Shown here in pieces: positions 52,164-61,770 of a DNA stretch of 64,000 bases. The notes beneath the pieces were generated by a model. The model was not told the DNA's origin. It did no database searches and saw nothing but the letters and a program-made list of their open reading frames with translations. Position 1 is the stretch's first letter; the number at the start of each line of letters is the position of its first letter. The stretch comes from Candidatus Altimarinota bacterium (GTDB taxonomy: Bacteria > Patescibacteriota > Gracilibacteria > Peribacterales > Peribacteraceae), in assembly GCA_963694385.1 (NCBI GenBank), contig CAVOCY010000001.1:2186-66185 (forward strand), read 5' to 3'. Both the position numbers and the translations under genes were made by a program.

Positions 52164-52862
52164 ATGCAATACGATCACATTAAAGCATCATCAGAAGAAG
52201 ACTTTGTTGCGCAAAGTGTAGACATTCTCGTTGCACGTATCTCTCAAGGTATTGATGAGTTTGGTAGCGCCATACTCGGGCTTTCTGGTGGATCAACACC
52301 CCAGCCGATTTACGAGGCACTTGGGAAGCAGCCTATTGACTGGAGCAAGGTGTTTATTTTCTTGGTTGATGATCGCTATATAGAAAGAGATCACAATGAT
52401 AGTAACCAGAAGATGGTGCATGAAACATTGTTGATGCATGCAAAGATTCCCGAAGACCACATTACGTTTCCTGATACGAGTTTGCCTCTTGAGGAATGTA
52501 TTGAGCAGTACGAAGGAGAGCTTGCAGAACTGTTATCGAAAGGCATTCCCCATATTGTCACTCTCGGTCTTGGTAGCGATGGTCACATCGCATCATTATT
52601 TCCTCCTGTGCCAGCGGCAGGCTTTGGCGATCATCTTGTGATTCATACAGAGACTGATGATTTCGCTGTGCATGATCGCATCTCAACCACGATGGTGGTG
52701 ATAGGAAGTGCAGATCGCAAAATCTTTTTCTTAAAAGGAGAAGACAAGAAGTTTGTATGGGATGAAATGATGAAATCTGAAGATGGCGAAGATATGGATC
52801 GCTGGCCTGCAAAAGCAGCACTGCAACTTGGGGGTGGGGTGGTGGTTAGCGCATTTGCTTAA
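52164..52862 (+). CDS. pgl: 6-phosphogluconolactonase
   Basis: GLSGGSTP, VDDRY and LGLGSDGHIASLFP motifs are present. Confidence 0.9.
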   Translation: MQYDHIKASSEEDFVAQSVDILVARISQGIDEFGSAILGLSGGSTPQPIYEALGKQPIDWSKVFIFLVDDRYIERDHNDSNQKMVHETLLMHAKIPEDHITFPDTSLPLEECIEQYEGELAELLSKGIPHIVTLGLGSDGHIASLFPPVPAAGFGDHLVIHTETDDFAVHDRISTTMVVIGSADRKIFFLKGEDKKFVWDEMMKSEDGEDMDRWPAKAALQLGGGVVVSAFA

Positions 52863-53193
52863 TGTGTTTGAAGATCTTGTTTCCGATAACAAGGATAATG
52901 TCTATTCGCCACGGTGCATCGAACTCTTTTTGACTCATCCACTTCCACGCAGCCCTGCGCAGTGCGCGTTTTTTACGGGGAGTCATTCCAAGAGCCGGAA
53001 GAAAGTCTGCATCGTATTGTGAACGTGTTTTAACTTCGGCAAATACGAGCATTCTCTCCTCTTTGTCGTAGGCAATGATATCTATTTCATCACGACCAAG
53101 GCGAACATTGCGATCGTAAATCTTGTAATTACGTTCTTGAAGATACGCTGTAGCTAGCGCTTCTCCTCGCTTTCCTATTTGTAGATGATTCAT
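52846..53193 (-). CDS. yraN: YraN-family (UPF0102) endonuclease-like protein
   Basis: GKRGEALATAYLQERNYKI..RN.R..RDEIDIIA. It has a 17-nt convergent overlap with pgl. Confidence 0.8.
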   Translation of the reverse strand: MNHLQIGKRGEALATAYLQERNYKIYDRNVRLGRDEIDIIAYDKEERMLVFAEVKTRSQYDADFLPALGMTPRKKRALRRAAWKWMSQKEFDAPWRIDIILVIGNKIFKHIKQMR

Positions 53194-53261
53194 AACAAAG
53201 GTGTACGGTTGTCTACTCCATTCTATCGACAGTGCAAGGTGTACACAAGTACACTCGGTCC

Positions 53262-54767
53262 ATGCTTACAAAGTTAACCAGTTTTCAGAGCATCGGGTTA
53301 AAAAGTGAAAGGGTTACTGTCGAAGTCGGCGCAGTGCGCGGTGGTGAAGAGCCTAAGTTCTACATAGTGGGACTAGGGGACACCGCCGTGCAAGAAAGTA
53401 AGCGCCGCGTGCAAATGGCACTGCGCAGTAGTGGATTTAAACTCGCATCTGGGCGCACGATTACCGTTAACCTTGCGCCGGCTAACTTGCGCAAAACAGG
53501 TCCGCGCTATGACCTACCTATTGCACTTGGACTTCTGATTATTAACGGGCAAGTGCTTGTTGATGATAAAAAACTTGCGAGTATGGCATTTCTTGGCGAG
53601 CTCGCATTGGATGGGGGCTTGCGTCACATCAGTGGTGTGCTGCCTGCAGCTATTTCTTGTAGAGACCAAGGAATAAAAACCATTGTTGTTCCTACTGCCA
53701 ATGGTGCAGAGGCTGCGCTGATTCCAGGGTTAAATGTAATTGCAGTCGATAATTTGGAAGAGTTGGTGAATATTCTTAATGGCGAACAAGCGCCAAAGGC
53801 CATCGAACCTCCTGCATCAAGTGTGCTGCCAATCAGTGGCTTAATAGACTTTTCTGATGTGCGCGGACAAGAACACTGCAAGCGTGCACTCGAGATTGCT
53901 GCTGCTGGTGGGCACAATGTACTGATGAGTGGTGCACCTGGCTCTGGAAAAACACTTCTTGCAAAAGCATTTCGCGGAATTTTACCGCCACTGACACAAG
54001 AAGAATCTATTGAAGTCAGTCAGATCTATTCCATCGCAAACTTACTTACAAGCGACAGTCCACTTATAGAAGAGCGACCATTTCGCGTTGTGCATCACAC
54101 TGCTTCGGGAGTTAGTATTGTTGGTGGAGGACAAGTGCCCGGGCCTGGAGAAATAAGCTTGGCCCATAGAGGAGTACTGTTTTTGGATGAGCTTGCAGAG
54201 TTTCCAACACAAGTGCTCGAAGTATTGCGCCAACCTCTCGAAGACAGAACAATTACGATTACGCGCGCAAATGGTAGTGTGAAATTTCCTGCGGACTTTA
54301 TTATGGTGGCGGCAATGAATCCACCTCAATACAGCTCATCATCTGCACGGAAAATTGCGAATCGCATTAGCCAACCACTACTGGATAGAATTGATCTCAC
54401 GATTGATGTGCAACCAGTACCCATAGAAGATTTACAAAAAAAGCCTGATGAAAATGCAGAAACGTCTTCTGTGATTTTAGATCGAGTACTGAAAGCAAGA
54501 ACAAGGCAGTCGAATCGATTTGAAACATTGCCTATTTCTACGAATAAAGAAATGAATGTGAAGCACATCGATACACTTTGCGTACTTGATGAACCTTCGA
54601 AGCAACTCTTAAAAAGTGCTGTAGACCGGCTGGGTCTTTCTGCTCGTGCGTATCATCGCACCATTAAAGTAGCGCGTACTATTGCAGATTTAGCAGATAG
54701 GGAGGATCTAGAGGCAGGACACATCGCAGAAGCACTGCAATATCGACAGAGTATTTGTGGAGAATAA
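53262..54767 (+). CDS. comM: YifB/ComM Mg-chelatase-like AAA+ ATPase
   Basis: N-terminal Lon-like domain, Walker A MSGAPGSGKT, Walker B VLFLDE, and a C-terminal HRTIKVARTIADL segment. Confidence 0.9.
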   Translation: MLTKLTSFQSIGLKSERVTVEVGAVRGGEEPKFYIVGLGDTAVQESKRRVQMALRSSGFKLASGRTITVNLAPANLRKTGPRYDLPIALGLLIINGQVLVDDKKLASMAFLGELALDGGLRHISGVLPAAISCRDQGIKTIVVPTANGAEAALIPGLNVIAVDNLEELVNILNGEQAPKAIEPPASSVLPISGLIDFSDVRGQEHCKRALEIAAAGGHNVLMSGAPGSGKTLLAKAFRGILPPLTQEESIEVSQIYSIANLLTSDSPLIEERPFRVVHHTASGVSIVGGGQVPGPGEISLAHRGVLFLDELAEFPTQVLEVLRQPLEDRTITITRANGSVKFPADFIMVAAMNPPQYSSSSARKIANRISQPLLDRIDLTIDVQPVPIEDLQKKPDENAETSSVILDRVLKARTRQSNRFETLPISTNKEMNVKHIDTLCVLDEPSKQLLKSAVDRLGLSARAYHRTIKVARTIADLADREDLEAGHIAEALQYRQSICGE

Positions 54768-54794
54768 GGACAGACTTCGCTAGTATCCCTCCTG

Positions 54795-55634
54795 ATGCAC
54801 TTCGGAGACGCTTTGACGGCCGCTACAAAGGAGAAATCGCCTGTTTGTGTAGGATTAGATCCAAATGTCAGCAAACTCCCTGAGGGAATCTCTCAGGATG
54901 CAGAAGGAATGCTTACCTTCTGTAAGGGGATTATTGATGCCGTAAAAGACGTAGCCGCCTGTGTAAAACCACAAATGGCCTATTTCGAAGAGTTGGGATG
55001 GGAAGGAATGAGAACATTCTGGGAAACATGTGCCTACGCAAAAGAGCAGGGGCTACTTGTTATCGCAGATGGAAAGCGCAATGACATCGGCTCTACATGC
55101 GAAGCGTACGCAAGGGCATACCTCAATGAACTTAGCCCTATTGATGCGCTAACCGTTTCACCTTACCTCGGTACAGATGGACTTAATCCATTCGTAGAAC
55201 TTGCCTTTAAAAACAACAAGGGAATCTTTGTCCTCGTAAAAACTAGCAACCCGAGTAGCGGTGACATACAAGATTTACCGTGTGGTGACGAAGCAGTGCA
55301 CGAACACATGGCACAGATTGTAGAGGGGATTGCAGCACAAAACTGTGGCCCAGAGTTTCACCTCTCCTGCGTCGGAGCTGTTGTAGGCGCTACGTACCCC
55401 GAAGAGATGAAATACCTCCGCACACTGATGCCACACGTCCCAATTTTGATCCCTGGTTACGGTGCACAAGGTGGAAGCGCTGCAGATATCATTGGAGGAT
55501 TTATTCCAGACGGAACCGGAGCGATAGTAAATTCTTCTCGCGGTATTATCTTTGCAAGTAGTGGAGGCGACTGGAAAGAAGCGGCAGAGAAAGCAGCGTT
55601 GGATATGGCAGAAGACATCAAAAGCGCACTCTAG
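54795..55634 (+). CDS. pyrF: Orotidine-5'-phosphate decarboxylase (type 2)
   Basis: VCVGLDP, KPQMAYFE and DGKRNDIGST motifs are present. Confidence 0.9.
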   Translation: MHFGDALTAATKEKSPVCVGLDPNVSKLPEGISQDAEGMLTFCKGIIDAVKDVAACVKPQMAYFEELGWEGMRTFWETCAYAKEQGLLVIADGKRNDIGSTCEAYARAYLNELSPIDALTVSPYLGTDGLNPFVELAFKNNKGIFVLVKTSNPSSGDIQDLPCGDEAVHEHMAQIVEGIAAQNCGPEFHLSCVGAVVGATYPEEMKYLRTLMPHVPILIPGYGAQGGSAADIIGGFIPDGTGAIVNSSRGIIFASSGGDWKEAAEKAALDMAEDIKSAL

Positions 55635-57281
55635 TTACTTCCATATACTTCCCTCTGCGATGGGATGTGGAAGTTCTATCCAGTTATACGCACCTTGACC
55701 ATCAGTCCATTGAATATGTCCCATGATACCTGGTTCGATGCTCGTAGAAATAATGCCAGGCTCTGCAAGGTCTATCTGCAATATAGGATCTGCAAGTGTC
55801 TCATCGATTTCTAGTTTTCCCCATAGCTGCACAATGATACTTTCGTGCTCTATGACACCAACAGATGCTGGGATATTAAAACAGTTAATATACTTAGAAC
55901 CCTCTGTGGAACACGCCACTGTAATTGTTGAATGAAAAGCACCGAGTGAAAACTGAGAAAGAAGCACACCGTGTTTTTGTGCGATAGAAAATGTCAGATG
56001 ATTAATCTGAAGCTCTGCCCCTTCTAAATGCTCTCCTTCAATTTCAAACTCTCCAAGTAATACACTCTCTCCTTCGCCAATATCCACTACAGGAGGACGG
56101 TTATTACTGACGTTTGTTATATTTGCACTCGCTGTTTGATGTGAAGGATATGCTGTGTCTGTAGCGATAATTTGATAGGATTCATCAAGCCCAAAAGGGC
56201 TTGCGTAGAGAGATATCCACTTTACTTGGATTAGCTCTTCGGGGAATCCTACTGTGACATCTTGCAGTACTGCTTCGATACCAAGAACTTTTCCTTCTAC
56301 GGGGATGATGTAGTTTCCAAATACATTGTCTGCATCCGCCTTCCACGTGCGATCAAATTTATCAAATGTATCAGGTACTAGCTCTGCAATACGTTTACCA
56401 AATTGGTCAGTGAGATACACGCTACGAATGTTTTTTTGCTCTTCACGAAACTTTACTGTGATGTTGCGTATCCAAACAGATTCTGACCGAGGTTGAAAGA
56501 ATCCACTTGCAATAATTTCCCGTGATCCGAGTAGAAGAAAATGGCTTTTTGCAGGGAAAATATGAACCACTTCTGGCTCTTCAATTGACTCTTTTTTTAG
56601 CTCTTCTTCGATCTCCTTCTCTTGTACACGCTCTGCTATCTCTTTGGCAATAACAAGATTTAAACTTTTCTCTGCAAGACGATACGTGTCTAGTTCTCCT
56701 TCTTCGTGCGCACGGTATGCAGCTGCAAGACGTGCCATTTGTCCGCGTGTTATGGAGCGGTCGAATTTGATAGATGAAGGAAGCCCCGTCTTATTAAACT
56801 GTGCAGCGCGTACATATCCTGCATACCATGGTTCGTCATCCGCTGAGAATGCAACGTAGTTATATAACTCTCCCAGAATTTTAAGGGCCTCTGCATAATT
56901 TACTGGTCGTCCTGGTTTAAATTCACCATCCTGATACCCACTTACCATGCCGCGCTTCTTTGCCAAACAAACGTACTGGGAAAACCAGTCATCACTTGAA
57001 ACATCAGGAAAGCAGTTCGCAGAATCCGATTTACTCACACGAACCTTTGGATAACTTAATAATGCAATCTTTAAAAACTCTGCACGGTTGAGTGTTTGAT
57101 TTGGGCGAAACGTCCCGTCGGGGTTTCCTTGTATCGCTCCAATTGATGTCAGCAAACTAATACCTGCAGACTCTGCAGGGATAAACGGTGCATCTGTGTA
57201 GAGCAGGCTTAAGTTGCGGAATTCCAGTGCTGCTACCTGAAATGGAAGAATTAGGCCGATGATGATTGCTGCCCGCTTCAT
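55635..57281 (-). CDS. Secreted protein with three N-terminal SLH (S-layer homology) repeats
   Basis: Signal peptide MKRAAIIIGLILPFQVAA (an alternative ATG lies at 57299). SLH-like repeats include ..GAIQGNPDGTFRPNQTLNRAEFLKIAL, FPDVSSDDWFSQYV..AKKRGMVSGYQDGEFKPGRPVNYAEALKIL and ..ITRGQMARLAA. The stop abuts the pyrF stop. Confidence 0.75.
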   Translation of the reverse strand: MKRAAIIIGLILPFQVAALEFRNLSLLYTDAPFIPAESAGISLLTSIGAIQGNPDGTFRPNQTLNRAEFLKIALLSYPKVRVSKSDSANCFPDVSSDDWFSQYVCLAKKRGMVSGYQDGEFKPGRPVNYAEALKILGELYNYVAFSADDEPWYAGYVRAAQFNKTGLPSSIKFDRSITRGQMARLAAAYRAHEEGELDTYRLAEKSLNLVIAKEIAERVQEKEIEEELKKESIEEPEVVHIFPAKSHFLLLGSREIIASGFFQPRSESVWIRNITVKFREEQKNIRSVYLTDQFGKRIAELVPDTFDKFDRTWKADADNVFGNYIIPVEGKVLGIEAVLQDVTVGFPEELIQVKWISLYASPFGLDESYQIIATDTAYPSHQTASANITNVSNNRPPVVDIGEGESVLLGEFEIEGEHLEGAELQINHLTFSIAQKHGVLLSQFSLGAFHSTITVACSTEGSKYINCFNIPASVGVIEHESIIVQLWGKLEIDETLADPILQIDLAEPGIISTSIEPGIMGHIQWTDGQGAYNWIELPHPIAEGSIWK

Positions 57282-57316
57282 TACGAGGCATTCTACCATA
57301 CGATTTAGTAAATCAA

Positions 57317-57391
57317 GCCCCTGTAGTTCAATGGATAGAACGGCCCCCTCCTAAGGGGCAGATGTAGGTTCGATTCCTACCGGGGGTACCA
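57317..57391 (+). tRNA. trnR: tRNA-Arg (anticodon CCU), CCA end encoded
   Basis: Hand fold: acceptor GCCCCTG/CGGGGGT (with G.U pairs), D stem GTTC/GAAC, anticodon stem GCCCC/GGGGC with loop CTCCTAA, T arm GTAGG-TTCGATT-CCTAC. Confidence 0.9.
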
Positions 57392-57393
57392 TT

Positions 57394-57696
57394 CTAATTC
57401 ATCTCCTGTTCGTTTAAGAGTGCACATGTCATGCCAATTAAGACATTGTCTCTTGTTATACCTCTTCGTAAGAGGTGATCTTGTACCTGTGATGACCTGT
57501 CACCTATTGCACCGCTTTGTTGAGCCTTCCTATCAATAGCTAACAAGAATCGTGCACTGAGTAGCGTGTTTCTATTGCAAATATCTATCATCTCTAAAAC
57601 GTCAGAATAGTAAGGCATTCTCCCTGCATCAATCCCATTTAAAAACTCCTGCATGTTTCTTTCGTCTACTTCTTGTTCTTTCAATGCAGATAACAT
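57394..57696 (-). CDS. Hypothetical protein (100 aa)
   Basis: ORF only. It is tightly packed with the upstream gene. Confidence 0.4.
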   Translation of the reverse strand: MLSALKEQEVDERNMQEFLNGIDAGRMPYYSDVLEMIDICNRNTLLSARFLLAIDRKAQQSGAIGDRSSQVQDHLLRRGITRDNVLIGMTCALLNEQEMN

Positions 57697-57698
57697 GC

Positions 57699-58238
57699 TT
57701 ACTTTGAAGGCTTAAGAATAACGACTTCTCTTCCTTCTACAGGAAGACCTCCTTTAAGCTTGTACTCTTTCTCGATCTCTTTGTCCTGTGCTCCGACAAT
57801 CTTAAGGAGTTCCACAAATGTTTCCTCGTCTTTGGTAGGAAGTGGCACAAGTACTCGTGGATCTACTTCGTCGATGATTTTCTGTGCAATTTTTGTATCA
57901 TCTGCTGGGATGCAGAGGATATCAACATCACCAAGAAGCTGCAGGTTATTATCTGTCCAATCGTGAAGAGGAGTGGAAAGAAATGCTACGCGCACTTTAC
58001 CGTCATCCACTACATAACTCACACGCTGCCCCTCTTCGTGACCAATACCACGAATAGAAACACCACCAATGTCATATTCACCAGGCCAAGAAACAACACC
58101 GGAGCTTACTTCGTCTTCGGGACTTCCAAGAAGAGAGATGTTAGCCTTTTCGTCTGCTTTGGCAGGAAATGCAACAATAACTGTACCGTTGATATCCACC
58201 TTTGTTGTGGTGCCGCCAAGAGAAGTGATTGTGATCAT
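57699..58238 (-). CDS. Hypothetical protein, possibly a degenerate MBL-fold (UPF0173-like) protein
   Basis: 179 aa with beta-rich N-terminal MITITSLGG...VDING..IVAFP. No HxHxDH motif is seen. Confidence 0.35.
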   Translation of the reverse strand: MITITSLGGTTTKVDINGTVIVAFPAKADEKANISLLGSPEDEVSSGVVSWPGEYDIGGVSIRGIGHEEGQRVSYVVDDGKVRVAFLSTPLHDWTDNNLQLLGDVDILCIPADDTKIAQKIIDEVDPRVLVPLPTKDEETFVELLKIVGAQDKEIEKEYKLKGGLPVEGREVVILKPSK

Positions 58239-58284
58239 GTGGAGAGATGGTATGTGAAGTTTGAATGAAGTGCTAGGGATTGAT

Positions 58285-58358
58285 GTAGATTGTGAAGAGA
58301 AATAAGTAATGAGTGAAGAGTAATTATCTATCTTTACTTTTCACTTTTCACTTTTAAC
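58285..58358. repeat. Inverted 7-nt-periodic arrays: GTAG/GTGA/GAAA/GTAA/GTGA/GTAA cores then TTAC/TCAC/TCAC/TAAC cores
   Basis: The cores start at 58285, 58292, 58299, 58306, 58313, 58320 | 58334, 58341, 58348, 58355. Array B encodes the murA C-terminus (KVKSEK). Confidence 0.75.
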
Positions 58359-59686
58359 TCTTGCTTGATGTTTGCTTCTACATGCTCCTGCTTAATAGTT
58401 CTTATAACTTCAGTCGGATCTTCCAGTTCTACCTTCGTAATATTTGCTCCAAGGCTGCGTAACTTATCATCAAGATGATCATATCCACGCTCGATATATC
58501 GTACGTCTGTAATTGTTGTTTCTCCTTCTGCACAGAGTGCAGCAATCACCATAGCAGCACCTGCGCGGATATCATTACTCGCAACTGTGTGACCACGCAA
58601 AGTAGTTGGCCCAATGATCAACGCCTGATGTGAATTGAGAATCTCTATTTGTGCTCCCATTTTTTCCAGCTCGTAGAGATAAGCCATACGACCTTCGAAT
58701 AACCGCTCAAACAAGCGAGATACTCCTGTAGCCTGTGTCATAGCAACACCAAGTGGTGCCTGAAGATCTGTCGGTAATCCTGGGAAGATATTCGTCCGTG
58801 CCTCTATTGCATTGAGTGAGGAGATCTCTCCATCTACAAACAATACTTTTTCTGCTGAGTCGTACTTCCACTCTGCACCCATACGCCTTAGGACATCGAG
58901 AAAGTTTGTAAGATGATCATATTCGGTGTCATGCAAACGCACTTTACCACGTGTAACAAGAGCTGCGATTGCAAGCCCTCCAGCCTCTAGATAATCCGAA
59001 GGAACACGATACTCAGCACACGCAAGTTGCGTGCGACCTCGAACTGTAACGGTGTGCGTTCCGATACCTTCTACTTCTGCACCCATGGCACAGATAAATT
59101 TCTCTACTGCTTGAACGTGTGGTTCTGCAGCTGCCATTTCGATACGTGTTTCCCCTGGTGTCAGTGCCGCTGCAAGAATGGCATTCTCTGTAGCAGTAAC
59201 CGAAAACTCTGGAAGGATAACGTGTCCAGGCTTGAGCGTTCCTTGCAGATGCAACACATCATTACTACTCAAATCTTGCGCTCCGAGTTGTGTCAGTGCA
59301 CGAATGTGCGCTTCTACCGGACGCTTCCCAAGTACACATCCTCCTGGGTAACACATCTCCACTACTCCAAAGCGTGCTAGTAGTGGCCCAAGCAATACGA
59401 TAGAACCACGAAGTTTGGAAACAAGCTCTGCTGGAATTGGTTTGCTTTGTAAATTCTGCGTTTGGATACGTACTGTCCCATCTTCGAAACTTGTCTCGGC
59501 ACCTAGGTAGTTGAGGATCTGTAGCATCACTTTAATGTCCCGCAAAAATGGAACGTTGGTCAGCACTGTCTCTCCTTTACAAAGTACCGACGCAGCAATC
59601 AACGGCAACGCTGCGTTTTTGGATCCACTGATGGTGACGTCTCCTTTGAGGGGCACCCCTCCTTGAATGCGATAACGGATATCCAT
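58334..59686 (-). CDS. murA: UDP-N-acetylglucosamine 1-carboxyvinyltransferase
   Basis: GSKNAALPLIAAS and the active-site Cys context PGGCVLGKRPVEAH. TATAAT lies 8 nt upstream of the ATG. Confidence 0.95.
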   Translation of the reverse strand: MDIRYRIQGGVPLKGDVTISGSKNAALPLIAASVLCKGETVLTNVPFLRDIKVMLQILNYLGAETSFEDGTVRIQTQNLQSKPIPAELVSKLRGSIVLLGPLLARFGVVEMCYPGGCVLGKRPVEAHIRALTQLGAQDLSSNDVLHLQGTLKPGHVILPEFSVTATENAILAAALTPGETRIEMAAAEPHVQAVEKFICAMGAEVEGIGTHTVTVRGRTQLACAEYRVPSDYLEAGGLAIAALVTRGKVRLHDTEYDHLTNFLDVLRRMGAEWKYDSAEKVLFVDGEISSLNAIEARTNIFPGLPTDLQAPLGVAMTQATGVSRLFERLFEGRMAYLYELEKMGAQIEILNSHQALIIGPTTLRGHTVASNDIRAGAAMVIAALCAEGETTITDVRYIERGYDHLDDKLRSLGANITKVELEDPTEVIRTIKQEHVEANIKQELKVKSEK

Positions 59687-59737
59687 AGAGGCAGATTATA
59701 GCGTAAATGGGGTTGGTGAAAGCAAAAGAATTGGGGA

Positions 59738-59796
59738 TTAGTAGCTAGTAGCTAGGAGATAGGGGGCCTAGTCCCAAACTACTAACTACTAGCCCC
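59738..59796. repeat. (TTAGTAG CTAGTAG CTAGGAG ATAGGGG) / loop / (CTACTAA CTACTAG CCCC) inverted heptamer arrays
   Basis: Read directly between the lspA stop and the murA start. AGGGGGC and GCCCCT can also pair. Confidence 0.8.
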
Positions 59797-60216
59797 TTTC
59801 TTCACAAGAAAGGCTTCAACTAGCAATAGGCCCACTCCAACAGTGATAAACGAGTCTGCTACGTTAAAAATAGGAAATGAGCCTATTTGGAAGAAATCTG
59901 TCACATATCCATCACGAAGACGATCTATGATATTCGCTACTCCTCCTCCAATAACGCACCCAAATGCTACTAAACTCAGACGATTCCTCGCTTTAACCGC
60001 CATAGAGCCTACTGCAACAAGAGCAAGTAAGATCAGTATCTCCTGAACCCCGCTTGGAAGCCGAATTCCCCATGCAATACCCGGATTGAGTGAATAGCGA
60101 AGCCCCACAAATGAGCCAACAATCGCTATGCGCTTATCAATCCAGAAATCAGCGGCAATAGCAGCTATTAGGCTACAAATACCCGAAATAACAATGGTTA
60201 TATAGAGGATTCTCAT
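59782..60216 (-). CDS. lspA: Lipoprotein signal peptidase (SPase II)
   Basis: 144 aa with four TM helices and the motifs NPGIAWG, GGGVANIIDR and FNVADS. Confidence 0.85.
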   Translation of the reverse strand: MRILYITIVISGICSLIAAIAADFWIDKRIAIVGSFVGLRYSLNPGIAWGIRLPSGVQEILILLALVAVGSMAVKARNRLSLVAFGCVIGGGVANIIDRLRDGYVTDFFQIGSFPIFNVADSFITVGVGLLLVEAFLVKKGASS

Positions 60217-60349
60217 TGATGAGATGATAGCAGATTAGCCTTAAGATTCCTTGCCCCAGGCAAAGAATCCTGTACAATAAGGTTAAGTTAAGACTGTCTT
60301 ATTGGATAAGACGGTCGGCTTACTGACATATTAATTAATCCACCATCTC

Positions 60350-61723
60350 ATGAAAGCTTCATTCATCGCCGCTATTAACCAAATCTGTTCCGAGAAAAAC
60401 GTTGGTCCAGACCAAGTACTCGATGCCATTAAGCAGGCAATCGCTACTGCCTACCGTAAGGACTACGGAAACAAAGAGCAGGAGATTCGTGTTGATCTTG
60501 AAGAAGGCCGTGACGAGCCGGTAATTCTATTGGTAAAAGAAGTAGTAGAAGAAGTGGAGAACGAAAACTTTGAAATCTCTTTAGCAGAGGCTAAGAAGAT
60601 TAAGAGTGATGCAGAAGAAGGAGATGAGATTACAATGGACGTAACTCCAGATGGATACGGACGTATCGCTGCGCAATCTGCAAAGCAGGTGATCTTGCAG
60701 AAGCTACAAGAAGCAGAGAAGCAGAGCTTGTACGATATGTTTAAAGATCGTGAGCACGAACTTCTTACTGCAACAGTTACAAAAGTAGAACCAAACTGGG
60801 TGACCTTAGAGATAGAAGGCATGACGGTTTCTATGCCATGGCGTGAACAGATTCCTGGTGAGCATTACTACACAGGTAAGCGTATCCGTGTGTACCTTGA
60901 TACTGTTGAGCAAACAGGTAAAGGTCCTCAGCTACGCATCAGCAGAACACACCCAGACCTCGTAAAGAAACTCTTGGAACTAGAAATTCCAGAAGTCCGC
61001 AACGAAGATGTAGAGATTAGAGCGATCGCTCGTGATGCAGGATTCCGTAGCAAGGTTGCGGTAAGTAGCAACCAGCCAAGCATTGATCCTATCGGAGCAT
61101 GTGTTGGACAAAAGGGTGTTCGTATTCAAGCAGTGATGGATGAAATTAACGGAGAACGTGTTGATATGATTGAGTGGAGTGATGATCCTATTAAATTGAT
61201 CTCTACTGCACTACAGCCTGCAGCAATCTCTGCTGTAATTATCGTAAATGGTACAGAGCACCTCGACGAAGAAGGTCGAAAAGTTAAGAAGCGTGCAGCT
61301 GTGTTTGTAGAAGAAGCTCAGCGCCCTATGGCTATCGGTCGTAAGGGGCAAAACATTCGTCTTGCAACAGATCTTACAAGTTTTGAACTCGACATGTACA
61401 ACTACGAAGAGCTCCCTGCCTTTAAGGCCAAGCTTGCAGAGATAAAGGGTGAAGAGATTGAAGTTGTTGAATTTGAGACAGACGAAGATGGTGATGTGAT
61501 TGTAAAAGGAGAATCCGAAGGAGCAGTAGCAGCAGCTGATGAAGGAAAAACAACTGTGAAGCCAAAATCTGCAAAAAAGCCTGAGCCAAAGAAAGAGGTG
61601 GCATCAGCCTCCGCCGAGGCTACGGCCGACAAGGAGGTGACCGAGGAAGCACCAGCTGAAGAAGTAATAGAAAAGGAAATCGAAGAAACCAAGGAAATCG
61701 AGGAAGAGAAGAAGGCTGAATAA
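60350..61723 (+). CDS. nusA: Transcription termination/antitermination factor NusA with an acidic K/E-rich tail
   Basis: N-terminal domain, S1 domain and two KH domains (GACVGQKGVRIQ, AIGRKGQNIRLA). No rimP lies upstream and no infB downstream. Confidence 0.9.
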   Translation: MKASFIAAINQICSEKNVGPDQVLDAIKQAIATAYRKDYGNKEQEIRVDLEEGRDEPVILLVKEVVEEVENENFEISLAEAKKIKSDAEEGDEITMDVTPDGYGRIAAQSAKQVILQKLQEAEKQSLYDMFKDREHELLTATVTKVEPNWVTLEIEGMTVSMPWREQIPGEHYYTGKRIRVYLDTVEQTGKGPQLRISRTHPDLVKKLLELEIPEVRNEDVEIRAIARDAGFRSKVAVSSNQPSIDPIGACVGQKGVRIQAVMDEINGERVDMIEWSDDPIKLISTALQPAAISAVIIVNGTEHLDEEGRKVKKRAAVFVEEAQRPMAIGRKGQNIRLATDLTSFELDMYNYEELPAFKAKLAEIKGEEIEVVEFETDEDGDVIVKGESEGAVAAADEGKTTVKPKSAKKPEPKKEVASASAEATADKEVTEEAPAEEVIEKEIEETKEIEEEKKAE

Positions 61724-61741
61724 TCATTGTGATTACACACT

Positions 61742-61770
61742 ACCGGGGCTTGCATGCTCCGGTTTTTTTA
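61742..61770 (+). terminator. Rho-independent terminator after nusA
   Basis: ACCGGGGC-ttgcat-GCTCCGGT followed by T7-8. It overlaps the stop of the convergent gene. Confidence 0.8.
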
